Shown here: piece by piece, positions 29,623-32,000 of the stretch
How the letters are laid out: each line of letters opens with the position of its first letter
Position numbering within the stretch: position 1 is the first letter of the stretch
Assembly (NCBI RefSeq): GCF_035285525.1
Contig: NZ_JAYKGW010000252.1
Span: forward strand, 1 to 32,000
Direction of reading: 5' to 3'
DNA length: 32,000 nt
Source of the DNA: Okeania sp.
GTDB lineage: Bacteria > Cyanobacteriota > Cyanobacteriia > Cyanobacteriales > Microcoleaceae
Program-made: the position numbers and the translations under genes
Notes under the pieces: generated by a model
What the model was told of the DNA's origin: nothing
The model's input: only the letters and a program-made list of their open reading frames with translations
The model's database searches: none

Positions 29623-32000
29623 ATGTCTCAAGTTAACTTTTACCAATCCTTATCTACTCAAAATTCTATTCAGTTTGCGAATGTTTATAGTCAACTAGAA
29701 TGCCCACAACAAATAGTATTTATAGACTCGAATGTAGATGATTACCAGAGTCTAGCTAATGGAGTTTTACCCAAAACAAAAGTAGTTATTCTTGATAGAT
29801 TTTTAGATGGTGTTCAGCAGATTACTAGAATTATTAAAAAATATCGTGACATATCATCTATACATATAGTTTCTCATGGTGCGCCAGGATGTTTGTATTT
29901 AGGTAATAGTCAATTAAATATTAAGAATATAAATGATTATTGGCAGGAGTTAGAAACTTGGCCAGTAACTAATTTATTACTTTATGGTTGTAGTGTTGCT
30001 GCGGGAGATGCAGGTACAGAATTTTTAGCACAACTCCAGAAAATTACAGGTGCGAATATTGCTGCTTCGGCAAAACCAACTGGTAATCTTGCTTTGGGTG
30101 GTAACTGGGAGTTGGAAGTTATTAGAGGCGAGTTAGAGGTTAGTTTAGTTTTTAGCGATCAAATTCAAAGTCAGTGGGAGCATATTCTGGCAGATGAGTT
30201 TGAGGAAAAACCAGAATTGTTTCAGGTAATTTCTGGACAACTATTTCGACTGAACCTATTAACAGCAAGTTATGAACCGGTAATTGAATCTAACATACCT
30301 TCTGATTATAATGCCGGAGGTTTTGCGACTAATAATGATAATGTATTTATCTATGCAGTTGGAACAGGTACAAGCAACCGACATCATCTACTTCGAGTGT
30401 TTTCAGATGGAACTGTTGAGAATGTAACTGATGCCAGTAATAATCCCATAACAATTACTAGAGATTCTGTAGCTGATGCAAATAAAAATAAACTTTTATT
30501 CTCTGGAGATGTTGATGCAGACCAGAACTTATGGATTGTCGATCAGCAAACATCATCACCAACACTCATTAAAGTTGATCTAAACAACCCTAGTAGTGGA
30601 ACCAGGATCAATTTATCTGGAACTTTACCTCCTAATAAAGATCCCAATGATAAGCGAATGCCATCTGATGTTGTTTATATTGAAGCTGATGAGGATGGCG
30701 ATGGCATTAAAGAGAAGAAGTATTTATATGGACTTAGCGATCAAGGAAGGTTAGTCAGAGTTGACATCACGAATGCTAATGAGAGTAACCCAGCTCCAGT
30801 TACCACTTCAGAAAATGTTATTTCTGGGTTGAATACTTCTGGTAGCATTTATGGAGCAGCTTGGACAGATATAGATGGTAATTTATTTGTTAGTGTTAAT
30901 TCATTAAATGATAGTAGTAACCAGGGGACACTATATCACATTAAGAATTATGATACTGCGCCAGAGGCAGAAGAGCTCTTCAATACTATTGAGACAAATA
31001 GTAACGATGGAATGTCGAACCCTACCCAAAAATCTCCATTTGTTATTCCACTCATAGATTTAGATGGAACAGATACATCAGAAGAACTAAACTACGCTAC
31101 TACGTTTACAGAAGATCTTAGTGCTGTTGGTATTGTAGACACTGACATAATTATTAGAGATTATATCAATACAGATGATAATGGAACCCCTGGGGATACA
31201 AGTGATGATGAAACCAGCACCACTCATGGGGATCGATTAGTGCAAGCAACAATCACTCTGACTGATTCTCCTGATGGTGACGATGAAAAATTTTTAGTTG
31301 ATGGTACAGAATTAACAAATTCTGTAGTAGTATCAGGCACAACCACAAGTATAACTGCTACACTAGGGACAAATTCAAATGGCCAAAAATTCATTACATT
31401 AGCACCAACTACCGACAATACCGCCAGTGTAGATGATTTTGAAATAGCACTTAAAGCCATTCAATACAAAAATGACAGCCAAAATCCAGATATTACAGAC
31501 AGAACTTTAGAGATAGTTCTTGAGGATGAAAACGGAAACAAATCCAGCGACATTTTCGGAGAGAATAGCACCACAGTTCATACTACTACAATTGAGGTTA
31601 TTCGAGTTAATGATGCTCCTATTTTCAGCAACTTAGATGCAAATCCTACTTTTAACAAGGGTGGTAATGCAGTAGTTCTTGATGCTGATGCTACTATTGC
31701 CGATCATGAACTAGACAACAGAAATAACAATTATTATGGTGCAATTTTAACCCTCGCAAGAAATGGAGGTGCTAACTCTGATGATAACTTTAGTGCAAGC
31801 GGGACATTAAGTGCTTTAACAGAAGGAGGAGATTTAGAAGTAGATGGTACAATTATTGGAACGGTAACAACAAACAGCGGTGGCACTTTATTACTAATAT
31901 TTAACAATAATGCTACTACTGCCTTGGTTAATAGTGCATTACAACAAATTGCTTATAGTAACAGTAGCGATACTCCTCCAACTTCTGTTCAAATTGACTA
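29623..32000 (+). CDS. Giant surface protein, N-terminal DUF4347 domain followed by beta-propeller-like and cadherin-like repeat modules; 3' end outside the window
   Basis: Not in the supplied ORF track because no stop is reached. AAGGAG (29607-29612) sits 10 nt before ATG 29623. I translated frame 1 codon by codon to nt 31998 and found no stop (792 codons). The N-terminus IVFIDSNVDDYQSLANGV...VVILD...DGVQQIT...IHIVSHGAPGCLYLGNSQL...LLLYGCSVAAGDAGTEFLAQLQKITGANIAASAKPTGNLALGGNWELEV is the DUF4347 pattern. Later modules such as IEVIRVNDAPIFS...LDADATIADHELD... and ALQQIAYSNSSDTPP are typical of cadherin-like adhesin repeats. Confidence 0.85.
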   Translation, partial: MSQVNFYQSLSTQNSIQFANVYSQLECPQQIVFIDSNVDDYQSLANGVLPKTKVVILDRFLDGVQQITRIIKKYRDISSIHIVSHGAPGCLYLGNSQLNIKNINDYWQELETWPVTNLLLYGCSVAAGDAGTEFLAQLQKITGANIAASAKPTGNLALGGNWELEVIRGELEVSLVFSDQIQSQWEHILADEFEEKPELFQVISGQLFRLNLLTASYEPVIESNIPSDYNAGGFATNNDNVFIYAVGTGTSNRHHLLRVFSDGTVENVTDASNNPITITRDSVADANKNKLLFSGDVDADQNLWIVDQQTSSPTLIKVDLNNPSSGTRINLSGTLPPNKDPNDKRMPSDVVYIEADEDGDGIKEKKYLYGLSDQGRLVRVDITNANESNPAPVTTSENVISGLNTSGSIYGAAWTDIDGNLFVSVNSLNDSSNQGTLYHIKNYDTAPEAEELFNTIETNSNDGMSNPTQKSPFVIPLIDLDGTDTSEELNYATTFTEDLSAVGIVDTDIIIRDYINTDDNGTPGDTSDDETSTTHGDRLVQATITLTDSPDGDDEKFLVDGTELTNSVVVSGTTTSITATLGTNSNGQKFITLAPTTDNTASVDDFEIALKAIQYKNDSQNPDITDRTLEIVLEDENGNKSSDIFGENSTTVHTTTIEVIRVNDAPIFSNLDANPTFNKGGNAVVLDADATIADHELDNRNNNYYGAILTLARNGGANSDDNFSASGTLSALTEGGDLEVDGTIIGTVTTNSGGTLLLIFNNNATTALVNSALQQIAYSNSSDTPPTSVQID

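Overview
This is an AT-rich segment (roughly one third G+C by eye, not computed) that looks like cyanobacterial chromosome, probably from a filamentous Nostocales-type genome. Support for that: nine perfect HIP1 octamers (GCGATCGC), STRR-like heptamer tracts, and small palindromic or MITE-like repeats in almost every intergenic spacer. Most of the coding content is ordinary: a 5'-partial SAM methyltransferase, a large orphan P-loop NTPase, urtC-urtD-urtE (no urtA/urtB in view), an SGNH/DUF1574-like lipoprotein, a TspO-like protein, tRNA-His(GUG), a zinc-ribbon Ser/Thr kinase with a C-terminal GUN4 domain, an HtrA/Deg protease, hemL, hisIE, a GH13 amylase-family enzyme and an MscS-like channel. 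Five things are less ordinary. (1) A 743-aa membrane protein appears to fuse a Cache sensor to a prokaryotic pentameric ligand-gated ion channel, and it sits divergent to the MscS gene. (2) A long ORF missing from the supplied track (29623 to the window end) encodes a DUF4347/cadherin-like giant surface protein. (3) A decayed 1.3-kb IS has the same terminal inverted repeats and 5-bp target duplications as a MITE family with at least five more copies here. One of those copies is nested in another repeat, and the unoccupied version of that site is also in the window. (4) A superfamily of GTAGGG...CCCTAC hairpins resembles REP elements. (5) The stretch next to tRNA-His is decayed and repeat-choked, with a start-less gene remnant and a partial copy of the tRNA 3' end. 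There are two further pseudogenes: Uma2 (C-tract frameshift plus an in-frame TAG) and the IS transposase. I saw no CRISPR array, cas gene, rRNA, integrase or recognisable canonical defence operon. I cannot point to a clear new multi-gene system. The best candidates are the Cache-pLGIC channel and the methyltransferase plus orphan NTPase pair at the left edge. All protein family calls rest on motifs I recognised by eye, not on database searches.
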